Shown: positions 20,406-31,113, numbered from the stretch's first letter. The stretch is 64,000 nucleotides of DNA from an uncultured virus (IMG/VR IMGVR_UViG_3300005961_000014) (IMGVR_UViG_3300005961_000014:1-64000); one strand, 5' to 3'. Numbers and translations: made by a program. Notes: a model not told the origin generated them from the sequence alone.

Positions 20406-21383
20406 ATGATCATCAACCCCTTCGATACTATTCCGTGTTTGCATTATGTCATTCAGCCCACGGTGAAGGCGCTGCGGGAAACCCGTCTAACCTCTCAGGA
20501 TCAGATATTCCCAGTGAATAGCCCGGTGGATGGAAAACCCATGCCGGGAGTTTACGGTTTGGTACATGGAGATTCTGGTATTAAACCTTTTGCGCACCCC
20601 ATTGTGGTGATGCGTCCGTCCCGCGATCGCCCGGGGTATCCGGAGGCGGATGGGATTTATCTGGACTTGCGGGCGTGCACGACCCCGCTGGGTGAAGGAA
20701 TGGGGTACCGAATTGGCGGGAGTATCGAGCACCAAATGTGGGCTTGGCGTGCTATCCTGATTCACAAATCGCTGCGCTCCGACACCCCGGGGTCGGACAT
20801 CTTAGGTCTGGGTATCTGGCCTATGACTATTTACATGCGCTGGATCAGTCAAGCGCTGACGCGCCGTTTGGCCTTACCGCCCGAAGTCCAGATGCGAGTC
20901 GCGATTTTGGTAGGGTACTTTTATTTCTGCATGGCGCTTGACACTCAAATCATGTCAAGCGATCCGTTGTCAGAACGCGACCTGTTGCGCGCATCGACCT
21001 TGATCAGTCGCGCCGGCAATTTCTCAGTGAATGATATCGTATCAGTGATTGGGGATTTGCCGCGCGCCAACAATACGGAAGATCTGGTAAATCTGTTGGT
21101 AAACCACACGCAAAGCTTGCGTTTTGAAGCAGACCGCTTTAATCTCCCTGTGTTGTATGCGGCTATTGAAGGCAGTTGGCTGAGAGGGATTCCGGGTGAA
21201 GTTGTGCGGGTGGCTATGGAACATTTGCCGACGTGGATGACGCTGGTGCTGCTGGCCACCAAGGAACGCGGTGTGAACAAAACGGGCATTGGCGATATTG
21301 CTCAACAGCTGATGCGTAGTCAGGGTGATGAATCTAAACACTTTACCACTCGGTTGTATGATCTGGCTACAGGTAGCTGGTAA
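20406..21383 (+). CDS. Virion structural protein (gp28-like)
   Basis: Divergent from the sheath; synteny. Confidence 0.55.
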   Translation: MIINPFDTIPCLHYVIQPTVKALRETRLTSQDQIFPVNSPVDGKPMPGVYGLVHGDSGIKPFAHPIVVMRPSRDRPGYPEADGIYLDLRACTTPLGEGMGYRIGGSIEHQMWAWRAILIHKSLRSDTPGSDILGLGIWPMTIYMRWISQALTRRLALPPEVQMRVAILVGYFYFCMALDTQIMSSDPLSERDLLRASTLISRAGNFSVNDIVSVIGDLPRANNTEDLVNLLVNHTQSLRFEADRFNLPVLYAAIEGSWLRGIPGEVVRVAMEHLPTWMTLVLLATKERGVNKTGIGDIAQQLMRSQGDESKHFTTRLYDLATGSW

Positions 21384-21402
21384 CCACATGTAGGGGGGGG
21401 GT

Positions 21403-24117
21403 ATGGCAGACTATCTGCGGAATCACGCACTGGTTAATCTCTGGTGTGAGCCGATTCAAGATTATCAGTACACGTTTTCTCCGGCGCGAATCACCGCGGG
21501 CAGCGGCGTGCTGCGATACGCAAGAGTGCTGGGTGAAGCTATTCCTCTCCCAGATTTCGATACGCCGGGGGTTTCGGCATTGTTCCACGTCTATCAGATT
21601 GGACAATTGCCGCCGGAGATCTTCAAGTTTGAACTTGACTACGAGACATGGGTAGACTTCGCTACTCTTTCGATCTCAACGGAGATGATTGCTGAGGGGG
21701 TTGTGCAGAACGGATGTAAGCTGGCGCCTAGCGATATTTACATCCGCCGGAATCGGGATAAAAATCTGATTGTGGCTGTCAAAATGCGCGCTGGCTATAA
21801 CTTGGGGACAGAGTCTTACTACGACGAATCCATCGGGGGAGTAAATACTCGCCCCGTATCACTTAACAATGTTGCTCTGACCATCCGGTTTTACAGCAAC
21901 GCACGAGTGGATACTCTGGAGTGGGAAAGACTATCTCCCCTACCAACCTCAGCCATCGCAATCCTGTCCCGCTATATCGGGAGTGAAGCCGATTTTGTCG
22001 ATTTCACTTACGAAAAGAGTGTGATCATAACTCGGTATAATGGTCAAGGAGCAGGTGTGTTCTACACCGACGGGTACGTCTGTTCTGATCCGATTGGTTG
22101 GTCAACCGTCTGGCAAGGTAAAACACTCACCATGGTGTATGATGCAACAATTAAAAGGATTGTTCGAACCCCTTTATCGTCGCTCTTGGTCTTCACCAGC
22201 ATACTGGATCACACGGTCCAAAAGTGTGCCGTGGTTTTACCGCCTCCGTACACCATGATTGACTTTCACGATGATGCGGACCTGTTTTTAGTAAAACCCG
22301 GAACGGGAAGTGAGTTCAAGGGGGTTTACTTTCCACGGAAAACCGTTTCATCGGTCAGGCAGTTGACCCATACGGCCTACTCGGTGCACGTTGCTCAGAT
22401 ACAGACATTGATCGATGCCCACTCCGACCTACTGACCGGCGATGTAGAAATAATGGTCGTTGTTCGGGAAGGGGGGATGGTGCGAGGATTGTATCCTCAG
22501 GCATCACGAGTCGATGAACTGTACAAGCTTTCGCTGTCCCAAATCAAAGAAGCGATGAGTCTCACGAATACGCAGGTGCCAGAGTGGCAGGCGGCACAGC
22601 TTGAGGCCTCGGATTATAATCGACTGATGCGCTCGTCGGTTGCTAATATCACGCGCGGCCTGACGGAGGGTGCATATGGGTACAATGCTGCTGTGAAAGC
22701 AGTAGCCGACCCCCTCTGTCAAACGTATATGGACGGGCCGCGTGTCTTCATCAATATCCCGAACATTCTCAACATATCGGATAAAGCAACCGGGATGGGA
22801 GTTAGGGGCTTCTACTATTACCAAGAAGGTAAGCTGGTGGGGTACTCTCAAGACAGCGGGCTGGTGGACGAAGTTCAGCTCCCAGCTCTGTACAGCGATG
22901 CGGATTTGGTGGAATGCTTTAACGCGGTCATCAGCGGAACAGATGACGGTGTTGTCTTTGATAGCGACGTTTCATCTAAGGAACTCGCTCAGTACGGGTT
23001 TCGATGCTACGCTTGCCCTATCGTGGGAGGTGTCCCGTCAGAAATCTGGGAAGACGTCACGGATACTGCGTTCTATACATACGCCCCCGAGGGTGACGCT
23101 GGGAATGGGTACCTACCCAAGATAGACTGGAACAACTACCTGTTGTCATTCGCCAATATGTATCCAGCGGTGAAGATCCTGAAGACCCACTATGTCCATA
23201 CTGCAACCGCAAACACTCTGTCCACAGATGGCGTGATTGACATTGTCTTGGAAGGTGACACTGTGTGGATGGGGGGTCCTGTTACCCGCCCGCTATCGAT
23301 TCCCGCAGGTGCTGTCGATGTCTACCTAGATGGCTTCTTGCTAATTCCGAATGTGGATTACTACCTGCGGTGGCCCAGAGTTGTCATCTATCGGCGAAGT
23401 GCCGGACTTGGTGATGATTCAGACATTGTGATTCGTGCGTATGGACCTGCTAATCCTCAAACGTGTCAGCCTTACGAACCTCGTGACGTGGGGTATATCA
23501 AACAAGGCATTGCCTCGGTTAACGCACGGTATGATATCCGCAACGATCGTGCATTCCGAGTTAGCGTCGCCGGCGAAATCAAAGATCGTGACGTGGTCCG
23601 TTTCTCCGAAGCACCGGGAGGGTTATTACAAACGGATGGCCGACCGTACATGGTATCGGACTACCTGATCCCGGTAGAGAACTTTACGGATAAAACTTTG
23701 GTTCCTTATCGGGAAGACTCGCTGGATTTAGATGCACGGGTGATGACGTATCTGAACACACGGCTTCCCGAAGTCCCCCCTCTGCATCCGCACATTGTCA
23801 CTGAACGTTGGGAAGCCTTTAGTCCCTTCTGTAGTGCAATTATTCACGCAGTACTTTCGGGAGCTATCAATGCTACCTTGTTCGATACTCCGTACACCGA
23901 TGGTGACATCGAGGGATGGGTGACTCCGTACAAGGATTTGCTGGACTTTGATCCCTGTGTTCAGGGGTTTGACTTTGCGTATCAAGTGGTTTACCCACAT
24001 CCGTATTCGGACATCGTTACGCTGACCAGCAAGCAATACGCTTTTGTTGAAGCGGTTATTCGTCTGTATCTGAACCAGCAAACAGACTTGTCTTATTTTG
24101 TCGATATTGGGGGATAA
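21403..24117 (+). CDS. Virion structural/baseplate protein (gp27-like)
   Basis: 904 aa; N-terminal DYL..HAL.NLWC.P.QD typical of this family; synteny. Confidence 0.65.
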   Translation: MADYLRNHALVNLWCEPIQDYQYTFSPARITAGSGVLRYARVLGEAIPLPDFDTPGVSALFHVYQIGQLPPEIFKFELDYETWVDFATLSISTEMIAEGVVQNGCKLAPSDIYIRRNRDKNLIVAVKMRAGYNLGTESYYDESIGGVNTRPVSLNNVALTIRFYSNARVDTLEWERLSPLPTSAIAILSRYIGSEADFVDFTYEKSVIITRYNGQGAGVFYTDGYVCSDPIGWSTVWQGKTLTMVYDATIKRIVRTPLSSLLVFTSILDHTVQKCAVVLPPPYTMIDFHDDADLFLVKPGTGSEFKGVYFPRKTVSSVRQLTHTAYSVHVAQIQTLIDAHSDLLTGDVEIMVVVREGGMVRGLYPQASRVDELYKLSLSQIKEAMSLTNTQVPEWQAAQLEASDYNRLMRSSVANITRGLTEGAYGYNAAVKAVADPLCQTYMDGPRVFINIPNILNISDKATGMGVRGFYYYQEGKLVGYSQDSGLVDEVQLPALYSDADLVECFNAVISGTDDGVVFDSDVSSKELAQYGFRCYACPIVGGVPSEIWEDVTDTAFYTYAPEGDAGNGYLPKIDWNNYLLSFANMYPAVKILKTHYVHTATANTLSTDGVIDIVLEGDTVWMGGPVTRPLSIPAGAVDVYLDGFLLIPNVDYYLRWPRVVIYRRSAGLGDDSDIVIRAYGPANPQTCQPYEPRDVGYIKQGIASVNARYDIRNDRAFRVSVAGEIKDRDVVRFSEAPGGLLQTDGRPYMVSDYLIPVENFTDKTLVPYREDSLDLDARVMTYLNTRLPEVPPLHPHIVTERWEAFSPFCSAIIHAVLSGAINATLFDTPYTDGDIEGWVTPYKDLLDFDPCVQGFDFAYQVVYPHPYSDIVTLTSKQYAFVEAVIRLYLNQQTDLSYFVDIGG

Positions 24118-24118
24118 C

Positions 24119-25759
24119 ATGCCTACGGTCGTACCTATTGAACCGGATGCCGCGCGAGGGTTCCGGGTGTGGAACATCTCGCAGATCTACACGGGTCCAG
24201 CGGGGCCGGGTCGCTACGTCCCTAATGTGGACGACATGGTGCTGGATTGGGACACGGGTTTCTATCGCGTGGTAAGCGTGGATGGATTAACACTGCTCAG
24301 CACGTTGGACTTTGTTCCTTTATCCACGATGAATGGCGGGGTATTGGAAGAGGACGTTCTGCTGGGTAGCGGTCCCGGAGGACATAGCGATTCTTACCGT
24401 GTCTATGTAGACAACGGGGAGACACCCCCTCGTCTGGCTATTTCATCCAGACTCTATATCCCGGGCGCTAATGCCTCTTATATCAAGGTTTTCCGGGGTA
24501 CTGACATCGGACCGACGGGAACTGTGGTATCTGGGATGTGGAACGGGTCTGTCTTCACTACGGAGAACATCCCACTGGTGTCGACACCCAAGGTTGCAGA
24601 ACAAGCCTGGGCAACGGAAAGCTTGGCGGATAATGAACTGGTAACTGCGGTGGTGTACACAGCCGCCGGGGTGAAAACCGGGGTCTACAAACTGGTTGTG
24701 GCTGAAACCAACTTCATCCATTCCAATGATCCGGTCAAACGCTTTGTCATGTCGGTCTCTCTGGTTTCCCCGTATCTTTCGGTTACAGATACCTCGATGC
24801 TGGAAGTCCCGGTTAATGCGATTCTGCAAAGCGCCAATCTCCAATGCCGGGTGCTCTATAGTGACGCGTCTGTGGAAACATTACCCATTGACGGATCACG
24901 GGCGCGCATCATGGGGCTGGATATGTACAGCGCCTCTATTGCAGGTCAACCCTCCCCGACCAGGCCGTTGATTTTGGTTTATACGCTCCAGCCGAATGAG
25001 TACGGATACGGTGTTAACGGCCCCTCGGGATCGCGCCAGATTCAAGTTCCGTATCGTGTTCGAACTACAGGTGCCGATGGAGCCTACACCGTCAAACTCT
25101 TCATCGTCCCGCGATACCAAGTCGTTCCCACCTCGACTTGGGTGTTGGATTACTATCTGTACGACATGAATCGTCAAACGGTCATCGATGTGACGTCGTT
25201 TATTGAGACCTCACCCTCTACGGGTGTTTTCAATGGAGGGTTACTGAATGTCCGGCAAACGATTACGGCGAGTTTGAATCTAGCCGACGTTAGTGGTGCG
25301 TACTTGCCGTACCGCTTTATCCAGACGTTTTCTATTCAACTGAAGGCTTCTGGCGCCAACACGCTGGCGGGAAACTACTGGCAAATGGAGTACAGTAACG
25401 GACACGTTTACGGGACGGGATTGATCGCGACGCGAGCTGACGATCCCTCCAATCCGTTGGATCACATGGTGACTGTATCGCTGAATCTACTGGACACTCA
25501 AGATTGGCTGGATCGGGTTTATTACCCGACAGAGCCCTTGCTGGTGCCTGGGGTTGAGGTAACTCCACCAACCCCAACCCATTTCCGAATACGGGTTAAT
25601 GGTTTCATGCGAGAAGTGGCTCTGCATGATTTCTACATCCCGATTGACGGGATCGCGGGAGTCCTGACACAGGGTACGCCAGTACGACTTGAGTTCTTCC
25701 TTCGGGATGGTAGTACGGACTATGAGTTGGGGATTGGGTCACTCACACTCAAGGTATGA
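24119..25759 (+). CDS. Virion structural/baseplate protein (gp26-like)
   Basis: W...IY.G..G.GRYVPNV.D.V.D N-terminus; beta-rich; synteny with terminase. Confidence 0.65.
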   Translation: MPTVVPIEPDAARGFRVWNISQIYTGPAGPGRYVPNVDDMVLDWDTGFYRVVSVDGLTLLSTLDFVPLSTMNGGVLEEDVLLGSGPGGHSDSYRVYVDNGETPPRLAISSRLYIPGANASYIKVFRGTDIGPTGTVVSGMWNGSVFTTENIPLVSTPKVAEQAWATESLADNELVTAVVYTAAGVKTGVYKLVVAETNFIHSNDPVKRFVMSVSLVSPYLSVTDTSMLEVPVNAILQSANLQCRVLYSDASVETLPIDGSRARIMGLDMYSASIAGQPSPTRPLILVYTLQPNEYGYGVNGPSGSRQIQVPYRVRTTGADGAYTVKLFIVPRYQVVPTSTWVLDYYLYDMNRQTVIDVTSFIETSPSTGVFNGGLLNVRQTITASLNLADVSGAYLPYRFIQTFSIQLKASGANTLAGNYWQMEYSNGHVYGTGLIATRADDPSNPLDHMVTVSLNLLDTQDWLDRVYYPTEPLLVPGVEVTPPTPTHFRIRVNGFMREVALHDFYIPIDGIAGVLTQGTPVRLEFFLRDGSTDYELGIGSLTLKV

Positions 25760-25813
25760 CCTATGGCAGATGTGGTGGTACACCACCACATCTGCTCTAT
25801 TAGGAGAACGCTT

Positions 25814-28015
25814 ATGATCCTCTTTGAAAAAGACTGGCAGCTCTATCCTACTGCTATTCCTGATTATAACACCAAGAACAGAACATTTGTTGACCTTGCG
25901 GCGAAGTACCGCAAAATGGGGGTTAAGAACTACAAGTTTTTGCTTGCACTGCACCAACCAGAATTACAAGGTGTGGACCCACACAGTCCATACCTATCCA
26001 TGGAACAACGCAGTAAGATCTCCATGGAATGTTTCCGAAATCCGTGGTACTGGTTTCGAGAAGTAGCGCGTATCCCGCCTCAAGGGTCTATGGATGGGAA
26101 ACCCTTTCGAGCGAATCGTGGTAACATTGCTTTCTACTGGTGTTTCTTTGCTCACGTATCACCCGCTAATGTGCAACCTCGTCAGACAGGTAAGTCGGCG
26201 GGGGCGGATATGTTGGATGTTTATTTGGTCACTATCGGAGCACGTAACGCGCTGATTAACGTCTTGACCAAGGATAGTGAGCTTCGTAGTGAAAACGTTG
26301 AACGTGTTAAGACGATGCGGATTTTGTTACCTGATTATCTACAAGCCTTCTCAAAGAAAGATCCGGATAACACCGTCGAAATTGCATGTACGCAATGGAA
26401 TAACCGGATTAATTACAAGGTGGCTCAGAACAGTCCAGCGGGAGCACTGAAGGTGGGTCGTGGACTGACAGCTCCGTTGAGTAAGATTGACGAAGTGGCT
26501 TTTGTCAGCTATGTAGACATTTCCATCCCTGCTATGCTCACTGCGGGTACTGCGGCTCGCGCTGAAGCTAAAGCAGCGGGGATGCCTTATGGGTCAGTCT
26601 TTATGACCACGGCTGGTAAGCTGGATTCCCGTGAGGGTAAGTACGCGTTCAATCTGATTCATGGGGGGATCCCGTGGAATGAATCCTTACTGGATTCCGA
26701 AGACGAAGCACAGCTCCACCGTCGTGTTGAACGTGGTAGTATGGGGACCAAACCGTTGGTCAACATTACACTATCGCATCGTCAGCTAGGGTATACTGAC
26801 GAGTGGGCATACAACGTCATGCGTGAAAACGATCTGACGGGGGAGGCGGCTGATCGCGATATCTTCAACGTTTGGACATCGGGGAGTTTGCGTTCTCCGC
26901 TTTCAGCTTCGCTGAATAAAGCCATTCGGGATTCTGAAGCAGAACCGGTATTTACCCAATACTTCCCGGAAGGGTACAACATTCGTTGGTATGTTCAGGA
27001 ACACGAAATAGCGGGACTATTAGCGGATCGTGGCGCGGTGGTAGGCATTGATACTAGCGATGCCGTTGGTCGGGATGGTATTTCGTTGGTGTTTTTGGAT
27101 CCACGCACTGTAGAGATTTTAGCGGTCGCCAATGTCAACGAAACTAATCTGTACGATTTTGCGCGCTGGTTAGCAGACCGAATGATCCAGTATGAGCGCA
27201 TGGTCATTATTCCAGAAAGGCGTTCATCGGGTCCATCCATCATTGACATGATTACCACGATGTTAATTGCCGCCGGAATCGATCCCTTCCGAAGAATCTA
27301 CAACCAAATCGTGGATGATTCGGTCGAGCACGAGAAGGACTATCGGTACATTCAACAAAACCTCTCACGACGTGATCCTAAACACATTACGTTATCAAAG
27401 GCTATGTTTGGGTTTACTACTTCGGGGTCGGGTAAGTTTAGTCGAAGTTCATTATACACGGACGTCCTGCTTCGCGCTGCCAAGCTATGCGCCAAGAACT
27501 GCCGCGATAAAACCCTCATTGATGAAATCACCGCGCTTGTTGAAAAGAATGGGCGCATTGATCACACGAATGGTTTGCACGACGATACAGTCATTGCCTG
27601 GCTGCTAGGGGTTTGGTTCCTAACCGTCAGTAAGAATCATCGGTTCTATGGATTGGATAACACCTTGTCGGAATCGTGCGAGTTTGATGACGACGTAGGC
27701 GTGGTTAAGAAGGCGGTGACTCCGTACGATGCTTACATGGATGAACAGCAGTCACGGGCGAAACTCTTACTGGAAGAACTCGCGGATGAACTCTCTGAAA
27801 CACGAGACCCCATACGCATTCAGCAGTTGGAACACCGGATGAGAGCGCTTTACGAGCGTGTCCCAGAACGGTCGCAAGGCTATATGACGCTGGATAAACT
27901 GTTTGAAGATGCGCGGACAGCGCGTAATCGTATGGCGCAGGCTCGTATACAAACACGTGCGAGCCCCGGTCCCTGGCGAGGGACTAATCTCTCACGGCGG
28001 TTCCCGGGTCGTTAG
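25814..28015 (+). CDS. terL: Terminase large subunit
   Basis: Walker A QPRQTGKS, GRG, Walker B IDE, TTAG; nuclease GIDTS and HDD. Confidence 0.9.
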   Translation: MILFEKDWQLYPTAIPDYNTKNRTFVDLAAKYRKMGVKNYKFLLALHQPELQGVDPHSPYLSMEQRSKISMECFRNPWYWFREVARIPPQGSMDGKPFRANRGNIAFYWCFFAHVSPANVQPRQTGKSAGADMLDVYLVTIGARNALINVLTKDSELRSENVERVKTMRILLPDYLQAFSKKDPDNTVEIACTQWNNRINYKVAQNSPAGALKVGRGLTAPLSKIDEVAFVSYVDISIPAMLTAGTAARAEAKAAGMPYGSVFMTTAGKLDSREGKYAFNLIHGGIPWNESLLDSEDEAQLHRRVERGSMGTKPLVNITLSHRQLGYTDEWAYNVMRENDLTGEAADRDIFNVWTSGSLRSPLSASLNKAIRDSEAEPVFTQYFPEGYNIRWYVQEHEIAGLLADRGAVVGIDTSDAVGRDGISLVFLDPRTVEILAVANVNETNLYDFARWLADRMIQYERMVIIPERRSSGPSIIDMITTMLIAAGIDPFRRIYNQIVDDSVEHEKDYRYIQQNLSRRDPKHITLSKAMFGFTTSGSGKFSRSSLYTDVLLRAAKLCAKNCRDKTLIDEITALVEKNGRIDHTNGLHDDTVIAWLLGVWFLTVSKNHRFYGLDNTLSESCEFDDDVGVVKKAVTPYDAYMDEQQSRAKLLLEELADELSETRDPIRIQQLEHRMRALYERVPERSQGYMTLDKLFEDARTARNRMAQARIQTRASPGPWRGTNLSRRFPGR

Positions 28016-28046
28016 CCAGGATCTGTCTTTATTGACGGAGACCACC

Positions 28047-28430
28047 ATGAAGCAATTCCTATACTCTCTCTTGACCGTCATGCGTGTACTCCTCGAAGGA
28101 GACACGTCTGTTCGGGCTGAAGTAACTGCGATAGAATACCAACGTCGACACCAAGTACAGAATCGACAAGGGTTTTATCGTTTCGTGGGTTTTCGTTGTC
28201 AGCAGCTTCGGTACATTGTCACTCGAAGTCGATGGTATCTGCGAAACCGAACACACTATCTCTACCGTGTGGAAATGGTCAGTATTGACAATAAAACCGT
28301 TACGGATCACCACGTGGGGTATTACCCCCACATGGGTCCCCGGTTTATGGTCAACACAACCTACCCCCACTGGCGTGCGGTCAATGCACACATCGATTCA
28401 GTGATGATGAGTAACCATCAGCTAGTCTAG
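28047..28430 (+). CDS. Hypothetical protein
   Basis: GGAG RBS, ATG 28047. Confidence 0.55.
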   Translation: MKQFLYSLLTVMRVLLEGDTSVRAEVTAIEYQRRHQVQNRQGFYRFVGFRCQQLRYIVTRSRWYLRNRTHYLYRVEMVSIDNKTVTDHHVGYYPHMGPRFMVNTTYPHWRAVNAHIDSVMMSNHQLV

Positions 28431-28518
28431 CCACACACCCTCTACAGAGCCCGTAAGCTCTGTAGAGGCGTGCTATGACGGCATATTCCCCACACCCGAA
28501 AGTGTGGGGAATAGGGAG

Positions 28519-29124
28519 TTAGGGAGTTAGTGACAGCTTCTCTTGCTCACGCACCCATTCCTGTAATGCGCGCAACTGCTCTTCGATACTCAAAGTGTAT
28601 TCAGATTCGATCGCATGCTGTTGGGCAATGTCGGAGAGGGTGATGTCTGAAGTGACTTCTTCAACTTGAAGGTTGAGAGACCCAGGGGTTCTCTCATCAG
28701 GATCTCCGGTGGTTTCGGGAACGTAACTTTCGCTACTACCGGCGTTGGACATGTCCCACAACTTGACAAAACCAGTGGGAATAGTACAGCGGCGATCATC
28801 AGCTTGGGTGACATACTTGGGTACCTCCTGAATGATGGTTGCAGCCTTTTGGTGGATAACCTTGACACGATCCACGTACTTAGTCACAACCTGGGTCGTC
28901 ACCTTCGTTTGCTGGGCTTCCAGACGCGCTGCAGCAGCATCTGCCTGAGCAAGAAGAAGGGCGGCTTGAGCATTACGTAACGCCATCTCACGGTCAGCCA
29001 AACGCTTAGCGTCATAGCTTCCCTTGCAATACATACCCACAAGCAGCAACAAGATGGTCAGCACGCTGACAATGTGAAACACCAGGGAACGATTCTTTCT
29101 CGCCCAGATAATAAAAGCCATCAT
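28519..29124 (-). CDS. Rz-like inner-membrane spanin
   Basis: N-terminal TM helix, Ala-rich coil, VVTKYVDRVKVI...VPKYV...C.IP.GFV.LW motif. Start uncertain. Confidence 0.75.
   Translation of the reverse strand: MMAFIIWARKNRSLVFHIVSVLTILLLLVGMYCKGSYDAKRLADREMALRNAQAALLLAQADAAAARLEAQQTKVTTQVVTKYVDRVKVIHQKAATIIQEVPKYVTQADDRRCTIPTGFVKLWDMSNAGSSESYVPETTGDPDERTPGSLNLQVEEVTSDITLSDIAQQHAIESEYTLSIEEQLRALQEWVREQEKLSLTP
28590..28814 (-). CDS. Rz1-like outer-membrane lipoprotein spanin embedded in Rz
   Basis: Alternate frame: MSPKLMIAAVLFPLVLSS-C lipobox followed by a Pro-rich segment. Confidence 0.75.
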   Translation of the reverse strand: MSPKLMIAAVLFPLVLSSCGTCPTPVVAKVTFPKPPEILMREPLGLSTFKLKKSLQTSPSPTLPNSMRSNLNTL

Positions 29125-29230
29125 GATTGCAACGCCTGTGTAAGTGAGGTGACTATAAAATAGGTTAATCGCAGTGAAAAATATGTACACACTATTTTAG
29201 TGACATTAACACTCGAAGGAGAGTAAAAAA

Positions 29231-29914
29231 ATGGGCTTAGCTAAGTGGGAAATTAAACGGGTTCCACGTATAAACCCGCTGTGGATCAGTTGGTGTGAAG
29301 TGGCTGGTGGTGGCATGATGTTCATGGCTATTGGTCGAGGCATTCCATCAGTTTGTTATTACAGCACGGATAAAGACGGTATGTCATACGTCCCCCGCCT
29401 CCACGATCTTCCGTTTGACTTCAATCGCGCTGCTACGCTGAAAATGATGGAAGAAATCACGGCAGATAAACCCTACATGCTGGCGGCTACCGAGGAGCTG
29501 GAAACCTTTGTTCAAATGATGGCTCAGTGTGAAACTTGCGATGATTTCCGCAATCATCCTAATTTCGTACTGATCTCCAATCGGAACTGGAATGTCAGTC
29601 TATTCCGCGTGCCGAATGCGAAGGATGACTGCAAAGACCTCGTTGAACATTTTCACACGGATGCATCCATGATAGCGCGAGCACCGGCAGATCTGGATGC
29701 GTACATCTACACCATGCCCGTTCCATGGATGTGTGTTACGTACCGGCGAAACGGAGAGCTGGTCTATGTAGACCACTTTGTTGTGGATGACCCCGAGTTC
29801 ATGAAGGAACACGATAGCGATATGGTTCGTGTCTGGGGAGAATGGATTCAGCGAGTCTATGACATGAGTGCTATTGCGGCTGACTATCTTAAGGCACAGG
29901 TCAACGAGCTGTAA
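29231..29914 (+). CDS. Hypothetical protein
   Basis: GGAGAG RBS; promoter-like motif at 29181. Confidence 0.65.
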   Translation: MGLAKWEIKRVPRINPLWISWCEVAGGGMMFMAIGRGIPSVCYYSTDKDGMSYVPRLHDLPFDFNRAATLKMMEEITADKPYMLAATEELETFVQMMAQCETCDDFRNHPNFVLISNRNWNVSLFRVPNAKDDCKDLVEHFHTDASMIARAPADLDAYIYTMPVPWMCVTYRRNGELVYVDHFVVDDPEFMKEHDSDMVRVWGEWIQRVYDMSAIAADYLKAQVNEL

Positions 29915-29972
29915 TTTTTTACAGCGTGTAACACTATTATAGGAAACACGCATTACATTTAGGAGATCATTC

Positions 29973-30167
29973 ATGCTAAGACGGTGGGCGTTAATCGGCC
30001 TCGGCTTTGGGTTTGGTCTTTTACACTTCGGTTTTGACATGTGGCGGATGTCGGATCTCACGATCCATGAGCCGCCTGGTCAGGGTGCGGCTGTAGCCGC
30101 AATGAGCGAAAGTCGCGTACAGCAATACGCGCATATCTACCGGATTGTGAAAGAAGAGTACGGTTGA
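29973..30167 (+). CDS. Possible small membrane peptide (overlaps the structured RNA candidate)
   Basis: AGGAG RBS; hydrophobic N-terminus. Confidence 0.4.
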   Translation: MLRRWALIGLGFGFGLLHFGFDMWRMSDLTIHEPPGQGAAVAAMSESRVQQYAHIYRIVKEEYG

Positions 30168-30403
30168 ATGAAGCGGCTGACCACCGCAATGTCAACGAGC
30201 TACAAACTTTACCTCGTTGTCAACATCCCAGGCTATGCTTTAGGACCCTTAAACGCGGGTCACTGAAATCGTTGTCATGAGGCAGCGTAAAGGAGCACGT
30301 CGGATACATGCTGTTATAGCCTGAAACTAGAGATGTCTCTGTGCGCACAGAGGATCATCATAAGTCAGTAAGGCATAGCGGCTGGAACCCTGACGCTCCA
30401 CAA
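29985..30403 (+). ncRNA. Candidate structured ncRNA with tmRNA-like ends
   Basis: Many nested helices; TGGGCGT at the 5' end can pair with ACGCTCC-A-CAA at the 3' end; immediately followed by a terminator. Confidence 0.4.
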
Positions 30404-30404
30404 G

Positions 30405-30434
30405 AGGGATCCCTTCGGGGGTCCCTTGCTTTTA
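30405..30434 (+). terminator. Intrinsic terminator
   Basis: AGGGATCCC-TTCG-GGGGTCCCT followed by TGCTTTT. Confidence 0.75.
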
Positions 30435-30477
30435 TGCCGCTACTTAATAATTCATTAACGTTCGTAGGAGAACGACC

Positions 30478-31113
30478 ATGTGTAACAAAAGCAAAGACTC
30501 GGTTATGAAAGAGGCAATTGCAGCTATTCCTCTTCTTTCCACAGCATTTTCAAAGGGAGTCCGTGCTGCGAATCCCACTAAAGATCTACCCTACGTCCGG
30601 CAGGATGGAACGCGGTACTGGGTGATGGATAACGAGACTTCGATTGAGCATCGAGCAGAGGCAGATAGCTGGCTGATTTACAGCGAAGACCAAGTGGTAG
30701 CTATCTTGTCACCTTTGGAGTTCCGTTCCAACTATGGTGACCCGTTGGTGATTCGCCGGATGGAGATTTCCATTGTCCCGAAAATGGGATTGCGGACAGT
30801 AGCACACCTTCGCGCAAGTGAAGTACCGCAGATGTCCGGTCAAGTCAATATCACCAACGTGTTTGAATATGGTGAAACGGTTATCTTCACAAGCACGCAG
30901 GCTGTCACCACGGAATACTTTATCAAGAAGGTGATTGAGGCACTGCCGGACATCTTCAATTACCAGCCTGTGCTTGATGTTGTTTGGGACGTGATCAAGC
31001 ACAAAATGGAATACGTACATGGGTACAGCAGTGTAACGGATACTCCCGGTGTCCCGCTGGGCAAACCCGTAGAGGCGTCGGAGATTGAGATTAGCTACTT
31101 CGAGGTACGGTAA
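30478..31113 (+). CDS. Hypothetical protein
   Basis: AGGAG RBS; 211 aa. Confidence 0.65.
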   Translation: MCNKSKDSVMKEAIAAIPLLSTAFSKGVRAANPTKDLPYVRQDGTRYWVMDNETSIEHRAEADSWLIYSEDQVVAILSPLEFRSNYGDPLVIRRMEISIVPKMGLRTVAHLRASEVPQMSGQVNITNVFEYGETVIFTSTQAVTTEYFIKKVIEALPDIFNYQPVLDVVWDVIKHKMEYVHGYSSVTDTPGVPLGKPVEASEIEISYFEVR

